Source: Eubacteriales bacterium
GTDB lineage: Bacteria; Bacillota; Clostridia; Oscillospirales; CAG-272
Assembly (NCBI GenBank): GCA_045535815.1
Contig: JAZSMJ010000066.1
Span: 890-64,889, forward strand
Length of the DNA: 64,000 nt
Direction: 5' to 3'
The first letter of the stretch is position 1; the number at the start of each line of letters is the position of its first letter. This document shows, in pieces, positions 35,149-49,031 of this stretch. Made by a program: the position numbers and the translations under genes. Under the pieces are notes generated by a model. It ran no database searches and was not told the origin of the DNA. It saw only the letters and a program-made list of their open reading frames with translations.

Positions 35149-35263
35149 AAAAAACGCCTCTTTTCCGTATATTGCTCAATCTTTACTTTTTCTTGTATCT
35201 TTGTTAATAATTTTTAATGTAAAATTATAATACATAAGATAGGTAATTTAAACGAGGAAAAAC

Positions 35264-35821
35264 ATGAACTTTATAAAAGAAAATTCAAGAACTATCACGT
35301 CTATGGTTGCAAATCAGATCGGTATGACCGTATTCGGTCTGGTGCTCTCTATGGCTACACATACGAACGAGACCATATTCCTTCTGACCAGCGTGTTCGC
35401 TATCGGTCTTTATATGGTGCTTCTGTATATGCTCACCTGGGAGGTCGGTGCAAAGGACAGCGTCCGCATAAGTGGCGGAAGAATGTCTCCGATGCCTTTA
35501 AAGGGACTTTATCTTTCCCTGGTTGCCAACTCAGTAAATATAATTCTTGCAATAATGCTTAATATAGGTTATATTGCCGGTGGTGCATCTGATGCTTCTG
35601 CAGAGTGGGCGAGCAACCTTTATCATATCCCGATGATGATCGCCAGTGCCATTCAGGGAATGTACGCAGGCGTGAGATATGTATTTATGCCCCAAAATCC
35701 CCTTGCATATATTTTGATGGTAGTTCCTGCACTTGCAGTCTGTGCGCTGGGATATTATCTCGGCTCTATCGAAAGATCCATCAGCGGTATGCTTGGAATT
35801 CGCAAAAATAAAAAAGATTGA
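35264..35821 (+). CDS. Integral membrane protein, unknown function
   Basis: 185 aa with ~5 hydrophobic segments. Confidence 0.5.
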   Translation: MNFIKENSRTITSMVANQIGMTVFGLVLSMATHTNETIFLLTSVFAIGLYMVLLYMLTWEVGAKDSVRISGGRMSPMPLKGLYLSLVANSVNIILAIMLNIGYIAGGASDASAEWASNLYHIPMMIASAIQGMYAGVRYVFMPQNPLAYILMVVPALAVCALGYYLGSIERSISGMLGIRKNKKD

Positions 35822-35894
35822 TCCAAAGGCGTAATTTCTTTTGCGGTATTTTTATATAAATGATTATGTAAAATACCAAAGAAGGAGTGACGCC

Positions 35895-36650
35895 TTGAAA
35901 AAATTCTCTGTATTTGCCTTTAAATTTACCGTACTGTCTATTATTTTAGCATTTTCGGCTCTTTTTTGCAATCACTATTTTATTAATTATGTATTAATTT
36001 CGTCTGAGGAGGCCTCGGATATTCAGGAAGAGCCTGCCGTGCAGGGCAGAGTGATAGTGATAGATGCAGGGCACGGCGGAATGGACGGAGGAACTTCGTC
36101 AGGCGAAGGAGTTCTCGAAAAGGATCTGAATCTCGATATATCAAAAACTCTCTCCTCTCTTCTTAAGCTTTGCGGATACGATACCGTGCTTACGAGAGAC
36201 GGAGATTATATGCTTACGGGCGATTCTTCTGCAAAAAAGAAGATGCAGGATCTTCGGGGAAGGCTTGATATTGCTCAGTCGTATGAGGACTGTGTTTTGG
36301 TTAGCATACATATGAACTATTTTCCGCAAGAGAGCTGTCGTGGGATTCAGATATACTATTCGCCAAACCGAACCGAAAGCAAGGATATTGCAGAGCGTGT
36401 GATGACAGACGTGAGGCAGTATCTTCAACCGGATAACGAAAGGCAGACAAAGTCTGCGGATTCGTCAATTTTTCTGCTTAAAAGAATTCAAAGACCGGCA
36501 ATTCTTATCGAATGCGGTTTTTTATCAAATAACGAGGAGGCCTCTCTTCTGAATACCGACGGATACAGAGATAAGCTGTGCGCGGTATTTTGCTCCTCTC
36601 TCTCAGCTTTATTATGCGAGAGCGAGAGCTTGCAGGAGGGGACGGCATAA
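35895..36650 (+). CDS. cwlD: N-acetylmuramoyl-L-alanine amidase, CwlD-like (germination-specific)
   Basis: Probable TTG start at 35895 with AAGGAG upstream; VIVIDAGHGGMDGG; ...LVSIHMN...; ...ILIECGFLSN... Confidence 0.75.
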   Translation: MKKFSVFAFKFTVLSIILAFSALFCNHYFINYVLISSEEASDIQEEPAVQGRVIVIDAGHGGMDGGTSSGEGVLEKDLNLDISKTLSSLLKLCGYDTVLTRDGDYMLTGDSSAKKKMQDLRGRLDIAQSYEDCVLVSIHMNYFPQESCRGIQIYYSPNRTESKDIAERVMTDVRQYLQPDNERQTKSADSSIFLLKRIQRPAILIECGFLSNNEEASLLNTDGYRDKLCAVFCSSLSALLCESESLQEGTA

Positions 36651-36676
36651 AATTCAAACTGTTAAGGAGCGTCATT

Positions 36677-38056
36677 GTGAAAACGGCAAAGAGTGTGTTT
36701 ATTTGTTCCGAGTGCGGATATCAGTCAGCCAAGTGGGTAGGAAAATGCCAATCGTGTGGCTCGTGGAATACCATGGAGGAGACTGTGCTCTCTCCTGAGC
36801 CTTCGACAAAGCGTGCGTCAGTATCTGCCGTAACGTCGTATGCCCAGACCTTTGCTGAGCTTGAAACTCCCGAATATATGCGTGTTTCCACAGGTATGGG
36901 TGAGCTTGACAGAGTGCTTGGCGGAGGACTTGTCTCGGGCTCGGTAGTGCTTTTGTCGGGTGAGCCGGGTATAGGTAAATCGACCTTGCTTCTGCAGGTC
37001 CTTGCACTTATCGGTGAGGAGCACAGCGTGCTCTATATATCGGGTGAGGAATCAAGAGGTCAGCTCAAAATGAGAGCTCAAAGACTTGATATCAAGGGAG
37101 ACGGGATATACGTCTTTACCGAGACCAATATCGATTCCATATTAAGCGAGATAGACAGACTTCATCCCGAGATAGTTATAATAGACTCTATACAGACCAT
37201 GTATACCGATTCAGCAAGCTCGGTTCCCGGAAGCATAACGCAGGTAAAGGAATCTGCCTCTCGCATTATGGGCAAGGCAAAAAACGACGGTATATCCGTT
37301 ATTATGGTAGGCCACGTAAATAAAGAGGGCGGAATAGCAGGACCGAAGGTGCTTGAGCATATGGTCGATGCAGTGCTCTATTTTGAGGGTGAGCGTCAGC
37401 TTTCCTACCGCATTATCAGAGCTGTGAAAAACAGATTCGGATCGACTAACGAAATAGGCGTCTTTGAAATGACCGATATGGGACTTACCGAGATACCGAA
37501 TCCGTCAGAGATGCTTTTGGCGGACAGACCTAAAAACGTTTCGGGTAACTGTGCCGTCTGCGTAATGGAGGGCTCACGCCCCGTTATAGCCGAGGTTCAG
37601 GCGCTTGCAACACCGACGGTATTCGTATCGCCCAAAAGAACCTCCAACGGCATTGATTATAACAGATTGTACCTTTTGCTTGCGGTTATGGAAAAACGTC
37701 TCGGACTTAAATTTTCGACCTCTGACGTCTACGTAAACGTAGTAGGAGGCCTTCGTCTTGACGAGCCTGCCACGGATATTGCCATAATCCTTGCGCTGAT
37801 ATCCAGCCTCAAGGATATACCGCTGTCAGATGAGCTGATAGCAGTGGGCGAGATAGGTCTTGCAGGCGAGTTCAGAGCGGTATCGAATATAGAGCAGAGA
37901 ATATCCGAATCGGCAAGACTCGGCTTTTCCAAGATAATAGTACCTAAGAGAAACTACGATAAGATAGTAAAGAAGAGTGCAGATCACGGCATAGAGGTCA
38001 TACCTGCTAAATCGATATTTGACGTGCTCAATCTTTGCTTCGGAAACAAAAAATAA
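36677..38056 (+). CDS. radA: DNA repair protein RadA/Sms
   Basis: GTG 36677 with AAGGAG upstream; zinc finger CSECGYQSAKWVGKCQSCGSW; Walker A GEPGIGKST; KNRFG; Lon-like C-terminus. Confidence 0.9.
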   Translation: MKTAKSVFICSECGYQSAKWVGKCQSCGSWNTMEETVLSPEPSTKRASVSAVTSYAQTFAELETPEYMRVSTGMGELDRVLGGGLVSGSVVLLSGEPGIGKSTLLLQVLALIGEEHSVLYISGEESRGQLKMRAQRLDIKGDGIYVFTETNIDSILSEIDRLHPEIVIIDSIQTMYTDSASSVPGSITQVKESASRIMGKAKNDGISVIMVGHVNKEGGIAGPKVLEHMVDAVLYFEGERQLSYRIIRAVKNRFGSTNEIGVFEMTDMGLTEIPNPSEMLLADRPKNVSGNCAVCVMEGSRPVIAEVQALATPTVFVSPKRTSNGIDYNRLYLLLAVMEKRLGLKFSTSDVYVNVVGGLRLDEPATDIAIILALISSLKDIPLSDELIAVGEIGLAGEFRAVSNIEQRISESARLGFSKIIVPKRNYDKIVKKSADHGIEVIPAKSIFDVLNLCFGNKK

Positions 38057-38090
38057 TGACGAGGAAAATCCTCGTCATTTGTTTTTATTT
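38056..38090 (+). terminator. Terminator after radA
   Basis: ATGACGAGG / CCTCGTCAT stem followed by TTGTTTTTATTT. Confidence 0.6.
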
Positions 38091-38513
38091 GTCTGTTTTT
38101 CCTGACGTGCAGTCAAGCACCGACTGCATCGTTATGCCCGACAGCTTTTCGGCTATTATGCCGTTTATGTCGTCAAAAACGTGATAGAAGTAGCAGGAGG
38201 TCTTCATGCCCTCGCCGTGCGAGCACTCGAACCCGTCGCTAAGGCATTGGGATATGGTGATAGGACCCTCGATGGCTTCAACTATCTGCTTTAAGGTTAT
38301 TTTATCGGGTGTGCCGTCAAGCGTGTATCCACCGTTTGCGCCCTTGTACGATTTTACAAGCCCTGCGCTCATCAGCTTGCGGAGTATCTTCAGCGAAAAT
38401 CTCTGAGGCACGCCTGCGGTATCTGCAATGGTTTTAGCATCGGAAATGCCTTCGCTTGAAGCGAGCATACTCATCATACGAAGGGCGTAATCCGTTTCCT
38501 TGGTAATTCTCAT
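38085..38513 (-). CDS. Rrf2-family transcriptional regulator (Fe-S type, three Cys)
   Basis: MRITKETDYALRMM...; Cys cluster CLSDGFECSHGEGMKTSC. Confidence 0.85.
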   Translation of the reverse strand: MRITKETDYALRMMSMLASSEGISDAKTIADTAGVPQRFSLKILRKLMSAGLVKSYKGANGGYTLDGTPDKITLKQIVEAIEGPITISQCLSDGFECSHGEGMKTSCYFYHVFDDINGIIAEKLSGITMQSVLDCTSGKTDK

Positions 38514-38647
38514 CTATATAAATTCCTTTGTTTTTATTTATAATATAATTATACCCCTAAGGGCTTTTTTTGTCAACGGCTCGGTTTGACAAAATGGGGA
38601 AATAGTGTTAATATTATTTCAATGCTTGAAATAAGGAGGGATATGCG

Positions 38648-39961
38648 TTGTTTGAGCTTGATTCAAGGGTAGAGCTTGTAATAGACAGACTTGAGCGAAA
38701 CGGCTATGAAGCCTACGTCGTGGGCGGATGCGTCAGAGATTATATATCAGATAGACCGATAAACGATTGGGATATGACCACAAACGCATTGCCCGATGAT
38801 ATTATCAAGGCTTTTTCCGATAAAAAAACGGTGATGACAGGCGCACGCTTCGGCATGGTCACCGTTATAATTGACTCGCTTCCGATAGAGATAACCACCT
38901 TCAGAGCAGAGCAGGGATACAGTGATATGCGCCATCCCGATAGGGTGATATTCTCGGATAAGCTTGAGGACGATCTGTGCAGACGTGATCTTACCGTGAA
39001 TTCAATGGCGTTTTCTCCGAAAAGAGGGATAGTGGATCTGTTTGGCGGATGCGACGATATAAAAAATAAGATAATACGTGCGGTAGGAGAAGCTGAGAAA
39101 CGCTTCTCGGAGGATCCGCTTCGGATAATGCGTGCGCTCCGCTTTGCCTCGGTGCTCGGCTTTGAAATAGAAGAAAAAACCAAAGAGGCAATAATGTCAA
39201 ACGCCCATCTTCTCTCTGCCGTTTCGGCTGAGAGGATATTTACCGAGCTTAAAAAGCTCCTGTGCGGAGTCGGTGCAGGTGAAGTTCTTGTAAAATACGC
39301 AAGGGCGCTTTATCCAATCCTTCCCGAGCTTGAGGCAATGAACGGATTTGAACAGCATAATTATCACCATATATACGACGTGATTACCCACACCGCAAAG
39401 GTGGTGGATAATACACCACCAGAGCCTCATTTAAGGCTTTGTGCGCTCTTTCACGATATGGGCAAGCCTCACTGCTTTTCGATAGATGCAAACGGCGTAG
39501 GGCATTTTTACGGTCATGCAGGCATAAGCGCACAAATGGCTGACGAGGTGCTGAGAAGGCTCAAGAGCGACAATAAAACACGTGAGAGCGTGGTGTCGCT
39601 TGTAAAAAGGCACGACACACCGATAGAAGCGGATAAGAAGAGCGTTTCTAAATATATATCAAAGCTCGGAAAGCAGGGATTTTACAATCTCGTAGCTCTT
39701 ATGAGAGCCGACTGCTTAGGACTTGCACCGCAGTTTCATAAAAGGCTGGAGCACTATAAAAGGCTTGAGCAGATAGCAGATGAAGCGTCGGATGCCGAAA
39801 TATCCCCGATAAAAGCTCTCGCTATAAACGGAAACGATCTGATAGAGCTCGGCTACAAGGGCAAGGAAATAGGCAACGCTCTAAAAGAGCTTTCAGAAGC
39901 GGTCTTATCGGAAAAGGTCGAAAACGAAAAATCAAAGCTAATTGAATATCTGAAAAGATAA
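38648..39961 (+). CDS. cca: CCA-adding tRNA nucleotidyltransferase with HD domain
   Basis: GGCVRD, ...DWDMTT..., RDLTVN, HD motif ...LFHDMGKP... Confidence 0.85.
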   Translation: MFELDSRVELVIDRLERNGYEAYVVGGCVRDYISDRPINDWDMTTNALPDDIIKAFSDKKTVMTGARFGMVTVIIDSLPIEITTFRAEQGYSDMRHPDRVIFSDKLEDDLCRRDLTVNSMAFSPKRGIVDLFGGCDDIKNKIIRAVGEAEKRFSEDPLRIMRALRFASVLGFEIEEKTKEAIMSNAHLLSAVSAERIFTELKKLLCGVGAGEVLVKYARALYPILPELEAMNGFEQHNYHHIYDVITHTAKVVDNTPPEPHLRLCALFHDMGKPHCFSIDANGVGHFYGHAGISAQMADEVLRRLKSDNKTRESVVSLVKRHDTPIEADKKSVSKYISKLGKQGFYNLVALMRADCLGLAPQFHKRLEHYKRLEQIADEASDAEISPIKALAINGNDLIELGYKGKEIGNALKELSEAVLSEKVENEKSKLIEYLKR

Positions 39962-39986
39962 AAAACTCCCGAAAGGGAGTTTATTC

Positions 39987-40063
39987 GTAGGGCGGGGGCT
40001 TGCTCCCGCCGAAAACAAGCGATATAGCTGAAGGAAACGGCGGGAGATAAACCCCCGCCCTAC
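39987..40063. repeat. GC-rich nested palindrome
   Basis: GTAGGGCGGGGG (39987-39998) / CCCCCGCCCTAC (40052-40063), with inner CTCCCGCC / GGCGGGAG. Confidence 0.6.
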
Positions 40064-40066
40064 AAC

Positions 40067-40101
40067 AAAAGGAGTACGAGCAAAATGTTCGTACTCCTTT
40101 T
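40067..40101. terminator. Bidirectional terminator
   Basis: AAAAGGAGTACG / CGTACTCCTTTT. Confidence 0.6.
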
Positions 40102-40421
40102 CACACGTCTTGCTATGCAAGGTATAATGTGTTACATCTTTTAGGCATACTGTCGGGCGGTAAGATAGCATCGCCCTATGGGAGAGGTGGCAGGTGTAGC
40201 CTGACGGAGAGGGTAATATTTACGCCCTCTCACCCGCTATCGCGGGAGCTCTCCCCAAGGGAGAGCCTTTGGTTTGTGCATCCCGAAAGTCCGTCTGCTT
40301 TTCCTGACAAGCACTGCCTTTGTGGACACAAAAGCGAAGCTCCGTCGAAGCGGGGTGAAAAAGGCAATTTGATTATCATATAAACATTCTATGAAATCAT
40401 TGATAATTACAAAATACTCAT

Positions 40422-41030
40422 TTAGTTGCCAAGAAGTATATTTCGAATATTGTCATTTATTTCGGACTCGTCAAGACCCTTTTGAATTAGCGGTTGAATA
40501 ATTTCTCGACTTTCTCTTGTATGTGGAAGTTCAGAAGCAAGTGCATTTGCCTTATCCACTTTTCCACATTTTAGATACAAAAAACAAAGTGTAGCACGCA
40601 TTGTTGCTTTTTGATTCTCATTTATAGACAATGGTAAACCGCGTTCCATTAACTCAATTGCTTCCTCTGATTTGTTCTGCAAAGCCAATACCCCTGCAAG
40701 TCCTAAAATCATTCCCGGCTTGTTTGGATATATCAACAATGCATCTCGATATACTTTCTCTGCGGAAACGTAATCACCGTCACGCTGAAACTCAGAAGCT
40801 TTTTTGTGAATGTTGAAGCGTGTCTCTTGTGCTCGTATTGTATCCATACCTATAAGTAGATCTATGCTTGTTTCAAATATGTTTGCCAATGCGGGCAGAA
40901 ACGTTATATCGGGATAACATTCACCGCGCTCCCATTTTGAAATACTTTGAGGAGTTAGACCCAAATATCCTGCAACATCCTCTTGTGTAACATTTTTCAT
41001 AATGCGATATTTTTTTAGATTTTCTGACAT
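40422..41030 (-). CDS. XRE-HTH regulator with TPR repeats
   Basis: ...LKKYRIMKNVTQEDVAGYLGLTPQSISKWERGECYP..., followed by TPR-like helices; AT-richer than its neighbours. Confidence 0.7.
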   Translation of the reverse strand: MSENLKKYRIMKNVTQEDVAGYLGLTPQSISKWERGECYPDITFLPALANIFETSIDLLIGMDTIRAQETRFNIHKKASEFQRDGDYVSAEKVYRDALLIYPNKPGMILGLAGVLALQNKSEEAIELMERGLPLSINENQKATMRATLCFLYLKCGKVDKANALASELPHTRESREIIQPLIQKGLDESEINDNIRNILLGN

Positions 41031-41208
41031 ATAAAACATCATTATCTCCTTTGCTTACTTTTGATTAGCTTCGAAGCACTATTATTATATCATTAGAATA
41101 CCATTTTTTTCAATAACGTAAAAGTTGTTATTGATTCAACTGCTGAAAATCAATTCTGATGCAATAGAAAAGGCGCACCTGCTTTATCGCAGGTACGCCA
41201 AAAAGTTT

Positions 41209-44395
<3,187 letters not shown>

Positions 44396-44413
44396 ACCGT
44401 GCTCCTTTCGTTT

Positions 44414-47011
44414 TTACTCGGCGTCCTTTTTGAGTTGATAGAGAAAGTTCATCGCTTCAATAGGAGTCATAAGCTCTACGTCGGCATTTCTTATCTTTCT
44501 TACTATCTCGTCTGTTATAAGATTATCTATGGTTACGTTTTCGATATCGTCACTATCGTCAAATACCTCGTCCGCCTTTATTACCCTTGCGCTGTTTTCT
44601 TCAAGGCGGTGAAGCTCCTTCTTTGCGTTTTTGATTATCTCGGAGGGAATGCCTGCAAGCTTTGCTACCTCTATACCGTAGCTGTCGTCTGCCGCCCCCT
44701 TTACTATCTTGCGAAGGAAGATTATATCGTCTCCCCTCTTCTTTGCGGCAATACTGTAATTCACAACTCCGGGAAGTGCGCCCTCCATATCGGTAAGCTC
44801 GTGATAGTGGGTAGCAAACAGAGTTTTAGCTCCAAGCTTTGAGGATGCGGTGTATTCAGCGACCGCACGTGCGATGCTCATTCCGTCAAAGGTGCTGGTG
44901 CCTCTGCCTATCTCGTCGTAAATAATAAGGCTTCGCTTCGTGGCGTTTTTGAGGATGTAGGCGACCTCGTTCATCTCAAGCATAAAGGTCGACTGACCGG
45001 ACGCAAGATCGTCCGATGCGCCAACTCTTGTGAACAGCTTGTCTATTATACCTATCCGTGCTTCCTTTGCAGGAACGAATGAGCCTATCTGTGCCATAAC
45101 GCAGATAACGGCAGTCTGTCTCATATATGTGGATTTACCCGACATATTTGGTCCGGTTATTATCATAAGTCGGTTGTGATTTGTATCAAGCAGAGTATTG
45201 TTGGGAACGAAATATCCACCGCTTACAAACTGCTCTACAACGGGATGTCTGCCGTCAACTATAGAGATAGTGTCGCTGTAGTCCACCTCGGGACAAACGT
45301 AGTTATTGCGCACCGCAACGTCCGCAAGAGAGGTGTAAACGTCTATTAAGGCAAGCGCAGAGGCGGTCGACTGTATGCGTGCGGAATTCTCCGCAACCCT
45401 TGCGCGTATCTGCTGGAAGAGCTCGTATTCAAGAGATATGACCTTTTCGGATGCTCCGAGTATCTTTGCCTCTTCAATCTTTAATTCCTCGGTTATATAT
45501 CTTTCGCAGTTGGTGAGGGTCTGCTTGCGTATGTATCTGTCAGGAACGAGGGAGAGCATAGAGTTGGTGACCTCGATATAATATCCGAACACCTTGTTGT
45601 ATCTTATGCGGAGATTTTTGATGCCGGTCTCCTCACGCTCTCTTGCTTCTATGCCCTCAAGATAGCTGTGACCACCCTTCATAATGGCAACCAGCTCGTC
45701 AATATCGGGAGAAAATCCGGGCTTTATAAGACCGCCCTCACGAAGAGAGAACGGCGGATCCTCACTTATAGCCGAATCGATAAGTGAGCAGATATCGGTA
45801 AGCTCGTCCATCTGATCTCTTGCCTCGGAAATTCCGTCCGAGGTGCAATTACCGATAAGAGCCTTTATCCTCGGCACTGCCGAAAGAGCAGAGCATACTG
45901 CACGAAGGTCACGTGCATTTGCGGTGCCGTATACTATTTTTGTCATAAGACGCTCGATGTCAAGAACACCCTTCAGCATCTGTGATAGCTCTTCTCTGAG
46001 CATAAAATCGTCAAAGAGCTCCTTGACTGCGTTCTGACGTCTGCATATATAATAGGTATTCACCAAAGGAAGCTCTACCCATTTGCGAAGCAAGCGTGCG
46101 CCCATTGCAGTTTTGGTGCGGTCAAGCACCCACAAAAGAGTGCCTCTTTTTTCACGGTTGCGCATGGTCTCGCAAAGCTCTAAGTTTCTTCTGGTGTTAA
46201 GGTCTATGTCGAGATACTGCTCCTCGGAATATACCGACAGAGTTTTTATGTAGGATGAGTCCGTTTTCTGCGTTTCTATGATATATCTTATCATTGCGGC
46301 AACGGACGCTATCTGCAATTCCTGTGTCAGATCAAGCTCAGACAGCTGTTTTTTGAACTGTGAGGATATGAGCGTCTGCGCACCCTCCATATCGAAAAGA
46401 TCGGAGCGCATATCGTTTATTACAGCGTGTATTCTCTCGGTTGCAAACGAAACGACGGGGGCAAAAAGTTTTCTGTCTGTGTTGAATATTATCTCACGGG
46501 GAGAATATGTGCCTATCTCATTTGTAAGGCGCTGTATACAATGGTTTCCGGTTATAAAGGTAACGGATATATCGCCGGTCGAAACGTCTGCAAAGGTAAC
46601 TCCTGCGCAGTTATCCCGGTAGCAGACGGTGCAGAGGTAGTTATTCTGCGATTCGCTCAGCATTGCGTTATCTATAACAGTACCGGGAGTTACTATTCTG
46701 ACAACGTCACGTCTGACTATTCCCTTGGCAAGTGCAGGGTCCTCCATCTGCTCGCAGATGACAACCTTGTAGCCCTTGTTTACAAGTCTGCCAATATAGG
46801 AATCAACGCTGTGAAACGGAACGCCGCACATAGGAGCACGCTCCTCCTCACCGCAATCTCTGCCCGTAAGGGTGAGCTCAAGCTCACGGGATGCGGTTTT
46901 AGCATCGTCGAAGAACATTTCGTAAAAATCTCCGAGACGGTAGAATACAAGGGAGTCCTTGTACTGTTCCTTTATCTCCATATACTGTTGCATCATCGGA
47001 GAAAGAGCCAT
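44414..47011 (-). CDS. mutS: DNA mismatch repair protein MutS
   Basis: TPMMQQY-type N-terminus (SPMMQQYMEIK), GDFYEMFF, Walker A GPNMSGKST. Confidence 0.95.
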   Translation of the reverse strand: MALSPMMQQYMEIKEQYKDSLVFYRLGDFYEMFFDDAKTASRELELTLTGRDCGEEERAPMCGVPFHSVDSYIGRLVNKGYKVVICEQMEDPALAKGIVRRDVVRIVTPGTVIDNAMLSESQNNYLCTVCYRDNCAGVTFADVSTGDISVTFITGNHCIQRLTNEIGTYSPREIIFNTDRKLFAPVVSFATERIHAVINDMRSDLFDMEGAQTLISSQFKKQLSELDLTQELQIASVAAMIRYIIETQKTDSSYIKTLSVYSEEQYLDIDLNTRRNLELCETMRNREKRGTLLWVLDRTKTAMGARLLRKWVELPLVNTYYICRRQNAVKELFDDFMLREELSQMLKGVLDIERLMTKIVYGTANARDLRAVCSALSAVPRIKALIGNCTSDGISEARDQMDELTDICSLIDSAISEDPPFSLREGGLIKPGFSPDIDELVAIMKGGHSYLEGIEAREREETGIKNLRIRYNKVFGYYIEVTNSMLSLVPDRYIRKQTLTNCERYITEELKIEEAKILGASEKVISLEYELFQQIRARVAENSARIQSTASALALIDVYTSLADVAVRNNYVCPEVDYSDTISIVDGRHPVVEQFVSGGYFVPNNTLLDTNHNRLMIITGPNMSGKSTYMRQTAVICVMAQIGSFVPAKEARIGIIDKLFTRVGASDDLASGQSTFMLEMNEVAYILKNATKRSLIIYDEIGRGTSTFDGMSIARAVAEYTASSKLGAKTLFATHYHELTDMEGALPGVVNYSIAAKKRGDDIIFLRKIVKGAADDSYGIEVAKLAGIPSEIIKNAKKELHRLEENSARVIKADEVFDDSDDIENVTIDNLITDEIVRKIRNADVELMTPIEAMNFLYQLKKDAE

Positions 47012-47043
47012 ATCGTTTTACCTCTTTATCTTTATTCTGATGC

Positions 47044-48453
47044 TTATTCGGCGAGCTCGCCGATAAGCGCGTATGTGTCTGCACGGATTATACGTACGTT
47101 TACGTATCTGCCGATAACCGAATCGTCTGCGGCAAAGTGAACGAGACGGTTTTTCTCGTTTCTGCCGGTTATCTTGGTGCTGTCTGTCTTGCTTCTGCCC
47201 TCTGCAAGAACCCGTATAATTGCACCCTCGTAATTTTTTTCGTTTTTCTCGTGTGAAATGGTGCTCTGAAGGTCTATAAGACGGGTAAGGCGGTTGGTCT
47301 TGACATCCTCGCTTATCTGTCCGTCCATCTCAGCCGCCTTTGTGTTTTTACGCTTTGAGTAGATGAATGAGAAGAGGGAATCGTATCTCACCCTTTTCAG
47401 CATTTCAAGCGTATCGAGAAATTCTTCCTCGGTTTCGGTCGGGAATCCGACTATTATATCGGTGGAGAGGGCTATATCGGGCATTTTTTCACGCATATAG
47501 TCTACAAGCGCAAGATAATCCTTTGTAGTATAACCTCTGTTCATTGCTTTGAGAATGCGGTCGTTTCCTGCCTGAAGGGGAAGGTGAAACTGCTTTGCAA
47601 TCTTGGGGTTTGCCGCCATTGTGTCTATCAGCTTGCGTGAGGCATCCTTTGGGTGACTGGTCATAAAGCGGACCATAAAATCGCCATCGATCTCACAGAT
47701 TCTGTTTAGAAGATCGGAAAAATCAAAATCGATATCAAGGTCCTTGCCGTAGGAGTTTACGTTCTGACCTAAAAGCGTTATCTCCTTATAGCCTGCATCG
47801 GCAAGCTCTCTTACCTCTTTGAGTATCTCCCCGGGCTGTCTGCTGCGTTCTCTGCCTCTGACGTAAGGAACTACGCAGTAGGTGCAGAAATTGTTACAGC
47901 CGTACATAATGCTGACCCAAGCCTTAAAGGAGCTTTCTCTGAGCACCGGAAGATCCTCTGCGATGTTTCCCTCGCTATCGTCAAGCCAGAAGCTTCTCTT
48001 GGTCTGTGTAAGTGCCGAGAAGAGTATCTCGGGGAAGCGGTAGAGCATACTCGTTCCGAAAAGAAAATCAACGTAAGGATATCTGTTCTTTATATCGTCA
48101 CAGCGGTGCTCCTGGGTAACCATGCACCCGCATATTCCGATAAGCATATCGGGCTTCTTAGCCTTTAGGTGCTTGAACTGACCCGTTTTTGAAAGGGCCT
48201 TCAGCTCTGCGTGCTCACGTACTGCGCAGGTATTGACGAGAAGCAGATCCGCCTGCTCGGGCGATGCTGCAATACCGTATCCCATCTGCGATGCCATGCC
48301 TGCAAGACGCTCGCTGTCCGCCTCGTTTTGCTGACAGCCGAAGGTCTGTATGTAAACGAGCTTTTCCTCGCCCAAAAGGAGAGATCTTACCCGTTCCATA
48401 AATTTATACTGTATATCTATATTTTCTTTTGATATGATCTCGGTCTTTCTCAT
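47044..48453 (-). CDS. miaB: tRNA (i6A37) methylthiotransferase MiaB
   Basis: UPF0004 N-domain FGCQQNEADSE; radical SAM CNNFCTYCVVP; TRAM C-terminus. Confidence 0.9.
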   Translation of the reverse strand: MRKTEIISKENIDIQYKFMERVRSLLLGEEKLVYIQTFGCQQNEADSERLAGMASQMGYGIAASPEQADLLLVNTCAVREHAELKALSKTGQFKHLKAKKPDMLIGICGCMVTQEHRCDDIKNRYPYVDFLFGTSMLYRFPEILFSALTQTKRSFWLDDSEGNIAEDLPVLRESSFKAWVSIMYGCNNFCTYCVVPYVRGRERSRQPGEILKEVRELADAGYKEITLLGQNVNSYGKDLDIDFDFSDLLNRICEIDGDFMVRFMTSHPKDASRKLIDTMAANPKIAKQFHLPLQAGNDRILKAMNRGYTTKDYLALVDYMREKMPDIALSTDIIVGFPTETEEEFLDTLEMLKRVRYDSLFSFIYSKRKNTKAAEMDGQISEDVKTNRLTRLIDLQSTISHEKNEKNYEGAIIRVLAEGRSKTDSTKITGRNEKNRLVHFAADDSVIGRYVNVRIIRADTYALIGELAE

Positions 48454-48563
48454 GTATAAAATAAAGTTCCTTACAAATAAAATAACAATATAATATTATT
48501 TTATCATTTTTCCGCCCTTTTTACAAGAGCTTTTTCACTTTTTTTACACTATAGAGAAGAACT

Positions 48564-49031
48564 TTATTTATAAAAGCAGTAGCCGTCAATTACCGATGCA
48601 AAGGAGGGTGATTTCTCGCTCTTTTCCTCCCAATAAATTGCCCCGTTTGAAGGGTCTATTCCCATAAGCGCCGCCTTAGCTGCGCTTACCGATACGCTAT
48701 CGGGCTCAGCTGAATATGAAACGCCTGGTACAGAGCAGATTATAACGTCGGGAAGAGTGTCGGGGAAGGAAGGATCACCGCATCTGTTTAAGAGAAGGGA
48801 GGCAAGTGCGGTCTTAGCGGTGAGATTAGCCTTTGGCATTGCCGCTGCAACTGCGCAGGCAAGCATTTTTTCGCTCATCGGTGTCATATCGGGAGATGAC
48901 GCTTCGGTATCGTAGTCCGTATTTATTCCTGGGAATATACAGCTGTAGATAAGCATAACGCACGCCATAAGTATTGCAGGACTGACTATATATTTTCCGT
49001 TTTCAAGACCTTTAAAAAACGTTTTTTTCAT
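48564..49031 (-). CDS. SleB-type cell wall hydrolase domain protein
   Basis: ...LLLNRCGDPSFPDTLPDVI...GIDPSNGAIYW... resembles the Hydrolase_2 pattern; N-terminal TM. Confidence 0.55.
   Translation of the reverse strand: MKKTFFKGLENGKYIVSPAILMACVMLIYSCIFPGINTDYDTEASSPDMTPMSEKMLACAVAAAMPKANLTAKTALASLLLNRCGDPSFPDTLPDVIICSVPGVSYSAEPDSVSVSAAKAALMGIDPSNGAIYWEEKSEKSPSFASVIDGYCFYK

Noticed and set aside
40280-40370. RNase P RNA, suggested by GAAAGTCCG and GGGGTGAAAAAGGC
   Set aside because: The other universally conserved RNase P elements are absent (for example the ACAUGGCUUACAGAAC-type 3' region and the full GAGGAAAGUCC box). The resemblance is fragmentary.
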